Part shown: positions 21,085 to 29,189 of the stretch, piece by piece
How positions within the stretch are numbered: position 1 is the first letter of the stretch
Layout: each line of letters begins with the position of its first letter
DNA from: Alphaproteobacteria bacterium
Lineage (GTDB): Bacteria > Pseudomonadota > Alphaproteobacteria > GM7ARS4 > G965262615
NCBI GenBank assembly: GCA_965262615.1
Contig: OZ253545.1
Coordinates: forward strand, 192,001 to 256,000
Direction of reading: 5' to 3'
DNA length: 64,000 nucleotides
Translations under genes and position numbers: made by a program
Notes under the pieces: generated by a model
What the model was told of the DNA's origin: nothing
Database searches by the model: none
Seen by the model: the letters and a program-made list of their open reading frames with translations, nothing else

Positions 21085-21495
21085 TTATTTTTTGAACACC
21101 CACCAGCGGAGAATAATGAAATTAATTATTGGTATACACACCACGACAATCAGCACCGCCAGCCATGGATGCCATTGCATCTCAGTAATCCATTCAGACA
21201 CAAGGATGGTGAAAACGAGTCCCACTGATGCCAGCAGAAGAAACTTTGTGTATTGATTCAATGACAGCTTCTTGGTTTGAAAGACAAAAAAATTCGCCAT
21301 GAGGTATGACCCTATATTGGCGATGAGAAACGCTCCGCCGTTGGCTTGAGTGACGCTCCATTCGTGTTCACGCGCCAGGGCAAAGCATCCGATGTGAATG
21401 AGGGTGGCGATGATGCCGGCGATGATGTACCGCCCCAAACTTTTAACGAGTGCGCCGTTTTGTGCGATGAGGCTTTGAAGTTTGGCGATTATCAT
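21085..21495 (-). CDS. GtrA family flippase-like membrane protein
   Basis: Four TMs; RY..AG, AN..AF, N.FFVF, C-terminal NFIILRWWVF; start uncertain (21495 or 21537). Confidence 0.85.
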   Translation of the reverse strand: MIIAKLQSLIAQNGALVKSLGRYIIAGIIATLIHIGCFALAREHEWSVTQANGGAFLIANIGSYLMANFFVFQTKKLSLNQYTKFLLLASVGLVFTILVSEWITEMQWHPWLAVLIVVVCIPIINFIILRWWVFKK

Positions 21496-22420
21496 GGACG
21501 GCGGCGATGATGTAGGGCGGTCGTTTTTTGCTCTCAATCAGCGTGTGAGCGGCGTATTCCCCGATAACACCCAGCACGAACAATTGCAATCCGCCCATAA
21601 AAAAGATGGCAAAAAGTAGTGTGCTGGTGTCGGTGCTGAGGTTGAACACAGAGACATCAATCGCGAGCATCGCGGCGCCACAGACGGCGGCGATGATGGC
21701 AATGAGCATCCCCACATACATCCACAGACGCAACGGCGCAATGGAAAATGAGACAATGCCAACGGTGGCTTGTTTGATGAGGGCGGCGAGATTGAATTTA
21801 GACCTGCCCTTGCTGCGTTTGGCTCGGGTGTAGGTGATGAATTGCTGTTTGAATCCTGCCCATGCGAAGATTCCCTTCATGAAGATGGTGTGTTCGTTGA
21901 GGGAGCGGATGGCGGTGACGACTTTTTGATCCAACAGTCGAAAATCCCCCGCATTGGGCTGAATGGGAACATGGGCGATGCGTTTCATGATGGCATAAAA
22001 AAATTGCGCCGAGACGCGTTTGAACCAGCTGTCGGCGGAGCGGTCAGAACGAATACCAATGACAGTCTCTGCCCCTTGTTGCCATTTTTTCACCATGTGA
22101 GGGATGATGTCGGGAGGGTCTTGCAAATCTATGTCGCAGGGGATGACGGCATCGCCCGTGGTGTGATGCAATCCCGCCACCAGAGCGGGTTCTTTGCCGA
22201 AATTGCGTGACAGACGCACCAGACGGATGGTGTGTTTTTTCTCGCGAGCGATGCGGTGTTCAATGAGGGCGGCGGTGGCATCGGTGCTGCCATCATCCAC
22301 AAAGACGAACTCCCAGCGCATGGTGGACAAACGGCGAGCGATGGGCGTGATGCTCTCCCAGAACGGACCCAGGGCATCTTCTTCGTTGTAACAGGGAATG
22401 ACGAGGCTGATGGTTTTCAT
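21443..22420 (-). CDS. GT2 bactoprenol glucosyltransferase (GtrB-like)
   Basis: SLVIPCYNEE, VDDGSTD, LSRNFGKE, DIDLQDPP, GDFRLLD, two C-terminal TMs. Confidence 0.93.
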   Translation of the reverse strand: MKTISLVIPCYNEEDALGPFWESITPIARRLSTMRWEFVFVDDGSTDATAALIEHRIAREKKHTIRLVRLSRNFGKEPALVAGLHHTTGDAVIPCDIDLQDPPDIIPHMVKKWQQGAETVIGIRSDRSADSWFKRVSAQFFYAIMKRIAHVPIQPNAGDFRLLDQKVVTAIRSLNEHTIFMKGIFAWAGFKQQFITYTRAKRSKGRSKFNLAALIKQATVGIVSFSIAPLRLWMYVGMLIAIIAAVCGAAMLAIDVSVFNLSTDTSTLLFAIFFMGGLQLFVLGVIGEYAAHTLIESKKRPPYIIAAVHDNRQTSKPHRTKRRTR

Positions 22421-22438
22421 AACGCAAAGCTGCATGCG

Positions 22439-22512
22439 CGCGCCCGGGAGGACTCGAACCCCCAACCTCCTGATCCGTAGTCAGACGCTCTATCCAATTG
22501 AACTACGGGCGC
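22439..22512 (-). tRNA. tRNA-Arg(ACG)
   Basis: Reverse complement GCGCCCGTAGTTCAATTGGATAGAGCGTCTGACTACGGATCAGGAGG...GTTCGAGTCC...GGGCGCG. Confidence 0.96.
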
Positions 22513-22521
22513 AGCAAAAAC

Positions 22522-22550
22522 ACCATACAAATTATCCCACACACTCGCAA
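22522..22550 (-). promoter_or_regulatory. Putative sigma70 promoter of tRNA-Arg
   Basis: TTGCGA-17 nt-TATGGT ending 9 nt before the tRNA 5' end. Confidence 0.5.
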
Positions 22551-22563
22551 GCGTCAGATGGTT

Positions 22564-23031
22564 CTAAAAACCGAGAATGGCTTGTCCGTTCCAATCGGTT
22601 TGGAAGATGCCTCTCGCAAGAATATCACGCCCCAGTAGCACATCGTGGTCTGTTGAAAGAGTCTGATATTCAGCTACTTGAGTGCTTTCAAAGGCAGTAA
22701 GGGCATTCCCCATCGGTATAATTAGGGTAACGAAGTAAGCTCTCACCTCAGAGACACCTGTCGCCGAATTCGCAGTAATCAAGCCTGATGACTCAAGATT
22801 TAATTTTTGGGAAAGTCTTTGGCTGATATAACTGACAGAAGACCCTGTATGCACGAGACAAAAAGCCTCCTCCATCGTAAGATTTTCTTTTTTCCTATCT
22901 TGAGCACGGTCACCAATGGCAAACCCCATTGGCACATTTTCTTCAATTTCAACAGCACTCTTTCCTGTGACGACAGATACAGGAATAATCACTCCTTTTT
23001 CAGAATCAAACGAAACCCTCAGCAGTGACAT
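22564..23031 (-). CDS. Retropepsin-like aspartyl protease homolog, catalytic Asp replaced by His
   Basis: CLVHTGSS where the paralogs have CLIDTGA; LLGRDIL and C-terminal strand intact. Confidence 0.85.
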   Translation of the reverse strand: MSLLRVSFDSEKGVIIPVSVVTGKSAVEIEENVPMGFAIGDRAQDRKKENLTMEEAFCLVHTGSSVSYISQRLSQKLNLESSGLITANSATGVSEVRAYFVTLIIPMGNALTAFESTQVAEYQTLSTDHDVLLGRDILARGIFQTDWNGQAILGF

Positions 23032-23036
23032 GCTGA

Positions 23037-23288
23037 TTAAGCAGGCATTGCAGGGAATGTGATGACATCAATTGGCTTTTGTCCAACTTGTTGGACGCTG
23101 TAATTATCGTCATCGTAGGTATCAAGGGCGTGTTTGTGGGCGAGGCGGGCGGTATCAAAAACGCCGATGAGTTTTTGGTCACGCAGGAGGGCATACTTGC
23201 CTTTATCTGCTTTTTTGAATTGAGCGGACATTTTTTGAAAGGCATCAAAATTCGCCTTAATCATGGTGTCTCGGTCGGTCATTGTCAT
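23037..23288 (-). CDS. Small DUF5678-like protein, copy 1
   Basis: NFDAF...GKYALLRDQKLIGVFDT...A...Y...YSVQQV; AGAGGA RBS; family name from pattern recall. Confidence 0.75.
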   Translation of the reverse strand: MTMTDRDTMIKANFDAFQKMSAQFKKADKGKYALLRDQKLIGVFDTARLAHKHALDTYDDDNYSVQQVGQKPIDVITFPAMPA

Positions 23289-23519
23289 TGCATCCTCTGG
23301 GTTTGTTTGATGGGTTCATTGTGGTGTTTTTTTTGCAAGAAGTCAATATTTTTGGTGATTGGTCATTTTTTTTGTTTTCGGTTTGAGGGATGGGTGATGT
23401 CGGTGGGGTTGGTGTCAATGGCTCAGAAGTGGCGGCGGGACTGTTGGGCGATGATTCCTGCCCCGCACCAATTGCCATCACTCGCAAGCGTCAGATGGTT
23501 CTAAAAACCGAGAATGGCT

Positions 23520-23915
23520 TCAATCGGTTTGGAAGATGCCTTTCATAAGAATATCGCGCCCCAGTAGCACATCGTGACCTTTCCCTCCTCCGTATTCAGC
23601 CACTTGGGTGGATTCAAAAAAATGGAAGGAATTCCCCATTGGTATTATTAAAGTGACAAGGTAAGTTTTCATCCTCACTTTTTCTGATGCGGTCAGCATT
23701 GTTATCATCCCTGATCGCTCAAGCTTTAATTTTTCGGCAAGTCTTTCGCTGACACAGCTGATGCCAGCTCCCGTATCTATGAGACAGTTAAACTTCGGCA
23801 ACGTTTTAATGTATTTTCCTTTATCCTCAATCGCAACGGTGTTTTTACCTGTTGCAATGAACACGGGAATAGTGACCCCTTTTTGAGGGTCAAATTGAAC
23901 TTTCAGAAGAGCCAT
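23520..23915 (-). CDS. Retropepsin-like aspartyl protease, C-terminally truncated by an 8-bp deletion
   Basis: CLIDTGAG, LLGRDIL; ends QTD* and lacks the WNGKAILGF tail of the paralogs. Confidence 0.85.
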   Translation of the reverse strand: MALLKVQFDPQKGVTIPVFIATGKNTVAIEDKGKYIKTLPKFNCLIDTGAGISCVSERLAEKLKLERSGMITMLTASEKVRMKTYLVTLIIPMGNSFHFFESTQVAEYGGGKGHDVLLGRDILMKGIFQTD

Positions 23916-23920
23916 ACCGA

Positions 23921-24196
23921 TTAAGCAGAAAGTGCAGGAAATGTGATGACTTCAATTGGCTCTTGTCCAATTTCTTGGAAGCTGTAGTTGTTATCTTTGA
24001 ATTTCTCAAGGGCGTGTTTGCGAGCTTCTCGGGCGGTGGCAAAAATGCCGACGAGTTTTTGATCGCGCAGAAGCGCGTATTTGCCCTTGTCTTCTTTTTT
24101 GAATTGAGAAGACATTTTTTCAAAGGCATCAAAATTTGCCAAAAGCATGGCATCTCTGTCGGTCATCATGGTTTTATTGTAGTGAATTTTGGTCAT
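23921..24196 (-). CDS. Small DUF5678-like protein, copy 2
   Basis: Paralog of 23037-23288; GAGGGA RBS before ATG 24196. Confidence 0.75.
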   Translation of the reverse strand: MTKIHYNKTMMTDRDAMLLANFDAFEKMSSQFKKEDKGKYALLRDQKLVGIFATAREARKHALEKFKDNNYSFQEIGQEPIEVITFPALSA

Positions 24197-24358
24197 TGTG
24201 TCATCCCTCATTTTTTGTGGTTTTGGTTTTTTGGATGCGATTTGAGGGATGGGTGAGGGTGGTGAGGGTGGTGTCAATGGCTCTGAAGTGGCGGCGGGAC
24301 TGTTGGGCGATGATTCCTGCCCGTACCAACTGCCATCCCTCGCAAGCGTCAGATTGTT

Positions 24359-24793
24359 TCAAAAACCGAGAATGGCTTTCCCGTTCCAATCGGTTTGGAA
24401 GATGCCTTTCATAAGAATATCGCGCCCCAGTAGCACATCGTGACTTTTCCCTCCTCCGTATTCAGCCACTTGGGTGGATTCAAAAAAATGGAAGGAATTC
24501 CCCATTGGTATTATGAAAGTGACAAGGTAAGTTTTCACCCTCACTTTTTCTGATGCGGTCAGCATTGGTATCATCCCTGATTTCTTAAGTTTTAATTTTT
24601 CGGCAAGTCTTTCGCTGACACAACTTCGAGAAGCTCCCGTATCTATGAGACAGCCAAACTTCGGCATTGTTTTGATGTCTTTCTCTCCACTTCTCACTCT
24701 ATCCTCAATTGTAGCAGTGTCTTTGCCTGTTACAACAAACACGGGAATGATGACCCCTTTTTGAGGGGCAAATTGAACTTTCAGAAGAGCCAT
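24359..24793 (-). CDS. Retropepsin-like (clan AA) aspartyl protease, apparently intact
   Basis: CLIDTGAS catalytic motif, LLGRDIL psi-loop, complete C-terminus. Confidence 0.9.
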   Translation of the reverse strand: MALLKVQFAPQKGVIIPVFVVTGKDTATIEDRVRSGEKDIKTMPKFGCLIDTGASRSCVSERLAEKLKLKKSGMIPMLTASEKVRVKTYLVTFIIPMGNSFHFFESTQVAEYGGGKSHDVLLGRDILMKGIFQTDWNGKAILGF

Positions 24794-24798
24794 GCTGA

Positions 24799-25074
24799 TT
24801 AAGCAGAGATGACGCGGAACAAAGGAATCTCAAGTGGCTCGCATCCAATTTCTTGAAAGCTGTAGTTGTCATCATCGTAGGTCTCAAGGGCGTGTTTGTG
24901 GGCGAGGTGGGCGGTGGCAAAAATGCCGACGAGTTTTTGATCGCGCAGAAGCGCGTATTTTCCCTTGTCTTCTTTTTTGAATTGAGAAGACATTTTTTCA
25001 AAGGCATCAAAATTTGCCTCAATCATGGCATCTCTGTCGGTCATCATGGTTTTATTGTAGTGAATTTTGGTCAT
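24799..25074 (-). CDS. Small DUF5678-like protein, copy 3
   Basis: Paralog of the other two; GAGGGA RBS before ATG 25074. Confidence 0.75.
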   Translation of the reverse strand: MTKIHYNKTMMTDRDAMIEANFDAFEKMSSQFKKEDKGKYALLRDQKLVGIFATAHLAHKHALETYDDDNYSFQEIGCEPLEIPLFRVISA

Positions 25075-25265
25075 TGTGTCATCCCTCATTTTTTGTGGTT
25101 TTGGTTTTTTGGATGCGGTTTTGGGCGGGGGTGAGGAAGGTGGGGTTGGTATCAATGCCGTAGATAATGTCACCCTTGCCGAAGAGTCAAAGCGTTCCAG
25201 CTTGTGATGAACGCGCCAATGGTTTATCATGTCCTCATGCCACCCTCGCCAAACACCGTATCCAT

Positions 25266-25293
25266 AAAACAAAACCCATCTCGTAGGATGGGA
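25266..25293 (-). terminator. Intrinsic terminator after the HicBA-like pair
   Basis: Minus strand CCCATC-CTACGA-GATGGG followed by TTTTGTTTT. Confidence 0.6.
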
Positions 25294-25298
25294 AGCTG

Positions 25299-25523
25299 CT
25301 ACACATAATCCTCAAATCGCTTCAGTGGCAACTTAAGACGCTCACACATTTTTTTAATCATTCTAGGATGCATCTGCACATGATCATCCAAAACAGGTGT
25401 CCACAGCAACACGCCATCATGACGATGCGTTAGATGCCTGATTTCAATTTCTTGAATCTCACAAGAAAACTCCTCAATGGCAATGGCTTCAAATTCTTTG
25501 TAGAGAAGCCGCCGCGGCATCAC
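25299..25523 (-). CDS. Small protein, possibly HicA-like toxin
   Basis: 74 aa with a helix-strands-helix pattern (…WTPVLDDH…MIKKMCERLKL); overlaps the stop of the HicB-like gene; canonical GSH absent. Confidence 0.4.
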   Translation of the reverse strand: MMPRRLLYKEFEAIAIEEFSCEIQEIEIRHLTHRHDGVLLWTPVLDDHVQMHPRMIKKMCERLKLPLKRFEDYV

Positions 25524-25909
25524 GCCGCCACCCGATAATCAATCATATCAGAGAAGTCTTGAGATGGCGGCAAAGCAAAAGACTTCGGCAACAAAGACTT
25601 CTCTTGAGGAGCAATCTTGCTTTTAGGAATAAACTCATCCTTGATGCCCAAAGCATCCTCATACATATCCCAATACTCTTGGGGAGCTTTCTCAATGGCA
25701 TCCAATCCCTCATAGCCATACTGAGCACACAAAACCAACTCGGCATAGAGCGTCTTGACGAAATTGAGCATCACATCTTTCGCGCTATCGCCCTGCGCCG
25801 CAATATAATGCTCCAGACCGACCGCGACATAGCCCATCGTGTCCTTCACGATGACAACGCTGATTTTTCCGCTCGTAGCTTTTGTATCCACAGCAAGACT
25901 TTCACTCAT
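25520..25909 (-). CDS. HicB-like antitoxin-domain protein
   Basis: VVIVKD..GYVAVGLEHYIAAQGDSAKDV..N resembles the HicB N-terminal domain. Confidence 0.55.
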   Translation of the reverse strand: MSESLAVDTKATSGKISVVIVKDTMGYVAVGLEHYIAAQGDSAKDVMLNFVKTLYAELVLCAQYGYEGLDAIEKAPQEYWDMYEDALGIKDEFIPKSKIAPQEKSLLPKSFALPPSQDFSDMIDYRVAA

Positions 25910-26009
25910 TCGCGACCTCCATTGCCCACCAATATAGTCATTTTCATCTTCAATGAAAACCCCTCATGACCATATTGTCGTGACCGCGTCAATCGTCTAT
26001 CATGTTCTC

Positions 26010-26363
26010 ATGTCTCTTGATGAATCTCAATTTCTGCACGAAGCCGAACACACCCTCACCCACCTCTTTGACGAGCTGGAATCCGCCGAGGGAGCGTTTG
26101 ATATAGACACCGAAGAAGGCGACACCATCACCATCACGCTGGATGAAGGCGGGGTTTATATCATCAGCAAACACACCGCCAGCCAGCAATTGTGGCTGTC
26201 GTCGCCGCATTCGGGCGCAAGCCATTATGAGTATCATCTCAGCGAGGAGAGTGAGCATCCCGCCGACAACTGGCGCAACACTCGCGCCACAGACGATGAT
26301 GCTCAAACCCTCAAAACCACACTCTTTGACGAACTGAAACAATACGCGAGCGCGGTGCTGTGA
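26010..26363 (+). CDS. cyaY: Frataxin-like iron donor protein
   Basis: YIISKHTASQQLWLSSPHSGASHY; acidic N-terminal helix. Confidence 0.9.
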   Translation: MSLDESQFLHEAEHTLTHLFDELESAEGAFDIDTEEGDTITITLDEGGVYIISKHTASQQLWLSSPHSGASHYEYHLSEESEHPADNWRNTRATDDDAQTLKTTLFDELKQYASAVL

Positions 26364-27419
26364 TTACTCACCCGCCTGCTCGCGCTGCTTGAGCTGCTGC
26401 AACCAACGCAACACCGCCGCCACCGCCTCAATCAAATGGGTGGGGATGTAGTGGTCCACGGGAACTTCATCATAGAGCGCATGGGCAAGCGGAACATTAC
26501 GCATCACGGGAATGCCCTCTTGCTCCGCCGTCTTGATGATGAGGCGCGCCAGATGCTCCTCCCCCTTCGCCATCACCACTGGCAATTTGCCGGACTCCTT
26601 ATCATAAAACAACGCCACCGCCCGATGGGTGGGATTGGTCACAATCACCGAAGCTTTTTTGACTTTTTGCGTCATGTCATTCATCGCCATCTCTTGAGCC
26701 ATCTGTCGCCGCTTGGATTTAATCACGGGGTCGCCCTCCATCTCTTTGAACTCACGCTTGACCTCATCCTTCGTCATCATCAAATCCTTCGTGTGCAACT
26801 TGCGCTTGATGATGATGTCCGCCGCGCCCACAATCACAAAACACAAACACGCATAAAACATCAGTAACCAATAGGAATCAAACAGCACACTCTGAACGCA
26901 TCGCATTCCGCACGATGGCGCAATGAGTAGAACGGGCAGGAGGTGGTCTATCACCTTGTAGAGAAGCACCGTCATGAACACCACCTTGAAAACATTCATC
27001 ACAAACTCCAGCAACTTGCGCTTGCCAAACATGTTCTTGCCATTCTCAACCGGATTCAAACGCTTGATATCCATCTTGACCGCTTTGGGAGCAAACACGG
27101 GTCCCGTTTGTCCGATGTAGGCAAGCAACGCAACCACAAACACAACCCCCAACAACGGCAGCAACAAATGACTCATCATCTGCACAATGGCGTGCTGCAA
27201 AATAATCAAAGCCGTCTGCTGCGATGACATGATGGCTTGCACCACCTCATCAATGGTGAGCTCAAAGGTTTCATGAAACACGCCCACTCTTTGCAATAAA
27301 AAAGCCGACACCGCCACCAACAACACCGCCGAGGCAAAGTCTTTGCTGATGGCGACCTGTCCTTTTTCACGAGCTTCGCGAATCTTCTTGGGCGTTGGCT
27401 GTTCGGTTTTTTCAGCCAT
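26364..27419 (-). CDS. sctU: Type III secretion export switch protein SctU (YscU family)
   Basis: MAEKTEQPTPKKIREAREKGQV, MTKDEVKREFKEMEGDP, NPTH autocleavage motif. Confidence 0.92.
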   Translation of the reverse strand: MAEKTEQPTPKKIREAREKGQVAISKDFASAVLLVAVSAFLLQRVGVFHETFELTIDEVVQAIMSSQQTALIILQHAIVQMMSHLLLPLLGVVFVVALLAYIGQTGPVFAPKAVKMDIKRLNPVENGKNMFGKRKLLEFVMNVFKVVFMTVLLYKVIDHLLPVLLIAPSCGMRCVQSVLFDSYWLLMFYACLCFVIVGAADIIIKRKLHTKDLMMTKDEVKREFKEMEGDPVIKSKRRQMAQEMAMNDMTQKVKKASVIVTNPTHRAVALFYDKESGKLPVVMAKGEEHLARLIIKTAEQEGIPVMRNVPLAHALYDEVPVDHYIPTHLIEAVAAVLRWLQQLKQREQAGE

Positions 27420-28212
27420 CCTGATAGTCCTCTTGTTGCACGGCATCCATGATGTCTCGCATGATGCGCTCCATTTCAAACAATTCATCGCGCAGGTAGG
27501 GCATCACGGTGGACACATACACCCCCAGCATGAAAATGGCGATGCCACTCTTGATGGAAAACGCTATGTTAAAAACATTCAATTGCGGCGCAAAACGACT
27601 GATTAACGCCAGAGACCATTCGGCAAGCATCATGACAATAATCACTGGCGCGGCAATGCGCACCGCCGTGTGAAGCAGAAAATCCAGCATGGACAAAAAG
27701 TAACCGCTTTTTTCCAAAGGAAAAGTGGGATAAAACGAATCAAAACGCCAAATCTCATAGCTGAGGGCAAGAGATGTCAGCAGCAGATGCAAGCCGCCAC
27801 TGATGATGAAATACACCATGAACACATGCAAAAGCATCATGCCGATGGGTGAGGATTGCGAGCCGGTCAATGGGTCAAGGGAGGATGCGATGGTTGCGCC
27901 TCGCTGGTTGTCAATAAAGACTCCCACCGCCTGCACCGCCCAAAAAATCGTGGCAACCCCCATGCCCAACAAAAATCCCAGCAAATACTCCTTCGCCACC
28001 AGCCCGGCAATGTGCCAATGACTCACATCAGCATGGGGGGCGGTGTGATAAAAGGAAACAATGAACGGCATCGCCAAAGCCACAATCACCGCCGTGCGCA
28101 CAGTGCCACTGATGGTGGAGGACGCAAAAATAGGAACAATAGAAAAAAATCCCATCAAGCGCGCCGATGCCAAAAACAAATGCGAGATAAAAACAACCAG
28201 ACTCTGTTCCAT
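27412..28212 (-). CDS. sctT: Type III secretion export protein SctT
   Basis: IDNQRGATIASSLDP, LISRFAPQLNVF. Confidence 0.92.
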   Translation of the reverse strand: MEQSLVVFISHLFLASARLMGFFSIVPIFASSTISGTVRTAVIVALAMPFIVSFYHTAPHADVSHWHIAGLVAKEYLLGFLLGMGVATIFWAVQAVGVFIDNQRGATIASSLDPLTGSQSSPIGMMLLHVFMVYFIISGGLHLLLTSLALSYEIWRFDSFYPTFPLEKSGYFLSMLDFLLHTAVRIAAPVIIVMMLAEWSLALISRFAPQLNVFNIAFSIKSGIAIFMLGVYVSTVMPYLRDELFEMERIMRDIMDAVQQEDYQDG

Positions 28213-28218
28213 ACCGCC

Positions 28219-28491
28219 TCAACGATTTTGCACGGTGGGAATGGCATCAAAGGAGTGAATGGCGAATTGATAGAGCTCTGAGCCAATGTTGCTGGCAGTG
28301 GCATAGATGGCAAAACTCACAGCAATCAATTTGACGGCAAAGGAAAGCGTTTGTTCCTGAATTTGCGTGAGTGCCTGCACCAGACTGAACGCCACCCCCA
28401 CCACCGCCGCCACAATAATGGGAGGCATTGATAAATGAAGCACCAACAACAAAATGGCAGATGTCTGTTCGGTGAGATGATGAGCATCCAT
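28219..28491 (-). CDS. sctS: Type III secretion export protein SctS
   Basis: QALTQIQEQTLSFAVKL. Confidence 0.92.
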   Translation of the reverse strand: MDAHHLTEQTSAILLLVLHLSMPPIIVAAVVGVAFSLVQALTQIQEQTLSFAVKLIAVSFAIYATASNIGSELYQFAIHSFDAIPTVQNR

Positions 28492-29189
28492 TATGCTGGG
28501 ACTCCGTAGGTCAAAATGAGCCCTTCAATGAGTCTGCGCCAGCCGTCAATGATGACAAAAAGCAGCAGTTTAAGAGGCAGAGAGATGGTCATGGGTGACA
28601 TCATCATCATGCCCATCGCCAGCAGGATGTTGGAGACCACCAAATCAACGGCGATAAAGGGCAGATAAAGCAAAAACCCGATTTCAAAGGCTTCGGTCAA
28701 TTCGGTGAGCATAAACGCAGGGATGAGAATACTAAAGGGAGGCTCGCCCGTTGGGTTGTCTTGAGGAATCAGTTGTTCGAACTCATGGGTGGTTTTGTCT
28801 CTGTACACCTCCCAGATGTTTTTGCTGAGGTTTTGAAAAAATTCAATGTCCTGAGTGCTGGCGTGCAGAAACAGAAAATGACGAAAGGGCTGACTGGCTT
28901 TTTCTAAAAAAGCGATGGCATCGGGGAGGTCTTGCGGCAGAGGGTCGTGCTGCACCAATGCCAACGCATCAAGAAAGACGGGTGTCATCACATAGAGGGT
29001 GAGGATGAAGGCGAAGGCGTACAGTGCCATGTTGGGCGGGATTTGTTGGACACCCAAAGCGTTACGCACCAATGATAAAACCACGGCGATTTTGACAAAG
29101 GAAGTGGTCATGAGAGCCAAGACTGGCAACAACGAAAAAGCGATCAAAAGGACAAAGAGCGGCCCCGTCGCGGGCAATCCTGTGGTCAT
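28491..29189 (-). CDS. sctR: Type III secretion export protein SctR
   Basis: TSFVKIAVVLSLVRNALGVQQIPPNMAL, LAMGMMMMSPMTISLPLKLLLF..DGW. Confidence 0.93.
   Translation of the reverse strand: MTTGLPATGPLFVLLIAFSLLPVLALMTTSFVKIAVVLSLVRNALGVQQIPPNMALYAFAFILTLYVMTPVFLDALALVQHDPLPQDLPDAIAFLEKASQPFRHFLFLHASTQDIEFFQNLSKNIWEVYRDKTTHEFEQLIPQDNPTGEPPFSILIPAFMLTELTEAFEIGFLLYLPFIAVDLVVSNILLAMGMMMMSPMTISLPLKLLLFVIIDGWRRLIEGLILTYGVPA

Larger units (their letters stand above)
22543..25150 (-). repeat. Three tandem copies of a roughly 0.85-0.95 kb two-gene module (small protein + aspartyl protease)
   Basis: CTCGCAAGCGTCAGAT...AAAAACCGAGAATGGCTT recurs near 22544, 23481 and 24340; paralogous ORFs; copies 2 and 3 are near-identical over long stretches. 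Confidence 0.95.

Noticed and set aside
24201-24389. EF-Tu-like C-terminal remnant (EGWQLVRAGII) in the spacer between modules
   Set aside because: Too short, and the frame is not conserved in the other copy. Probably chance.
21031-25909. Prophage or integrative element at tRNA-Arg or tRNA-Gly
   Set aside because: No integrase, no duplicated tRNA 3' end (att site) and no phage structural genes. The protease array lies on the tRNA 5' side.
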